Part shown: positions 63,701-64,000 of the stretch, one piece after another
How the letters are laid out: every line of letters begins with the position of its first letter
Position numbering within the stretch: the first letter of the stretch is position 1
Assembly (NCBI GenBank): GCA_964016885.1
Contig: OZ024758.1
Coordinates: 33,604,001-33,668,000 of the forward strand
Direction: 5' to 3'
Length of the DNA stretch: 64,000 bases
Source: Eledone cirrhosa
Lineage: Eukaryota
Notes under the pieces: model-generated
The model's input: the letters and a program-made list of their open reading frames with translations, nothing else
Database searches by the model: none
Told to the model about the DNA's origin: nothing
Program-made: the position numbers and the translations under genes

Positions 63701-64000
63701 AGAATTCATTTAAGTTCATGGTATTAGCTGTCAGAAGGAACTCCAATGTTGGTGAGAATTCATTTAAGTCATGGTACTAGCTGTCAGAAGTAACTCCACT
63801 GTTGGTGAGAATTCATTTAAGTTCATGGTATTAGCTGTCAGAAGGAACGCCACTGTTGGTGAGAATTCATTTAAGTTCATGGTATTAGCTGTCAGAAGTA
63901 ACTCCACTGTTGGTGAGAATTCATTTAAGTTCATGGTACTAGCTGTCAGAAGTAACTCCAATGTTGGTGAGAATTCATTTAAGTTCATGGTATTAGCTGT

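Larger units (their letters stand above)
1..64000. repeat. Homogeneous 54-bp tandem satellite array (about 1,190 monomers), head-to-tail, single orientation, running off both window ends
   Basis: The unit ATGGTATTAGCTGTCAGAAGTAACTCCACTGTTGGTGAGAATTCATTTAAGTTC recurs continuously from base 1 to 64000. Length variants are 53 bp (AAGTTCAT>AAGTCAT), 55 bp (TAGCTGTC>TAGTTTGTC or TAGCTTGTC) and 52 bp (GAGAATTC>GAGTTC). Common substitutions are GTATTA/GTACTA, CCACTG/CCAATG/CCATTG, AAGTAA/AAGGAA/AAGTCA and TAGCTG/TAGTTG. Confidence 0.99.
36650..64000. repeat. Right satellite sub-domain (class A-like, with its own younger variants)
   Basis: It returns to the same cassette order as the left domain. 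Local markers are AGTTTCTCAG, GGTAAGAAT (one separate copy also at ~10464), TTAGGTGTC, TAGCTCTCAG, AAGTCAGGGT, GGTAGTAGC, GTCATAAGT and CATGATACTA. Confidence 0.7.

Noticed and set aside
29-63988. Several hundred 61-205 aa ORFs on both strands
   Set aside because: All are translations of the same 18-codon monomer, ended by recurrent indels or stops. They have no unique N- or C-terminus, recognisable domain or gene context, so they are not called as CDS.
1-64000. CRISPR array or other repeat-spacer system
   Set aside because: There are no unique spacers. The whole 54 bp is conserved, variation is limited to a few SNPs and indels, and there is no leader or cas gene.
1-64000. Programmed frameshifting or phase variation through the +T/-T indels
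   Set aside because: The indels are inherited within duplicated blocks at fixed cassette positions, lie in runs of only 2-3 T, and the alternative frames hit stops within one or two monomers.
1-64000. Rolling-circle or sequencing concatemer artefact, or synthetic sequence
   Set aside because: Variants are shared in nested, position-dependent blocks at many offsets, which implies a real duplication history rather than re-reading of one template. Local misassembly cannot be excluded.
1-64000. Transposon, tRNA/5S/SL-RNA tandem genes, or a strand switch
   Set aside because: I saw no non-monomer sequence, terminal repeats, convincing Pol III A/B boxes, cloverleaf, or reverse-complement monomers.

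Overview
The whole 64-kb window is one uninterrupted, head-to-tail, single-orientation tandem array of a 54-bp monomer. The consensus on + is ATGGTATTAGCTGTCAGAAGTAACTCCACTGTTGGTGAGAATTCATTTAAGTTC (about 37% GC, one EcoRI site, no CpG), giving roughly 1,190 copies, each usually 0-3 differences from consensus. I saw no unique sequence, gene, RNA gene, transposon insertion, inversion or CRISPR spacer. All ORFs in the track arise because the monomer is 18 codons with one stop-free frame per strand, and recurrent 1-bp indels cut them short. The window looks like eukaryotic satellite DNA (heterochromatic or possibly peri/centromeric, which is an inference); I cannot assign the organism or a named satellite family. 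The real information lies in the variant pattern: a small set of recurrent variant monomers forms cassettes and irregular higher-order duplications (about 0.43 to 21 kb offsets), and there are three sub-domains with private variants. I do not find evidence for a novel gene-based system here. Counts and offsets were made by eye and from the ORF-track coordinates, so block boundaries are approximate.
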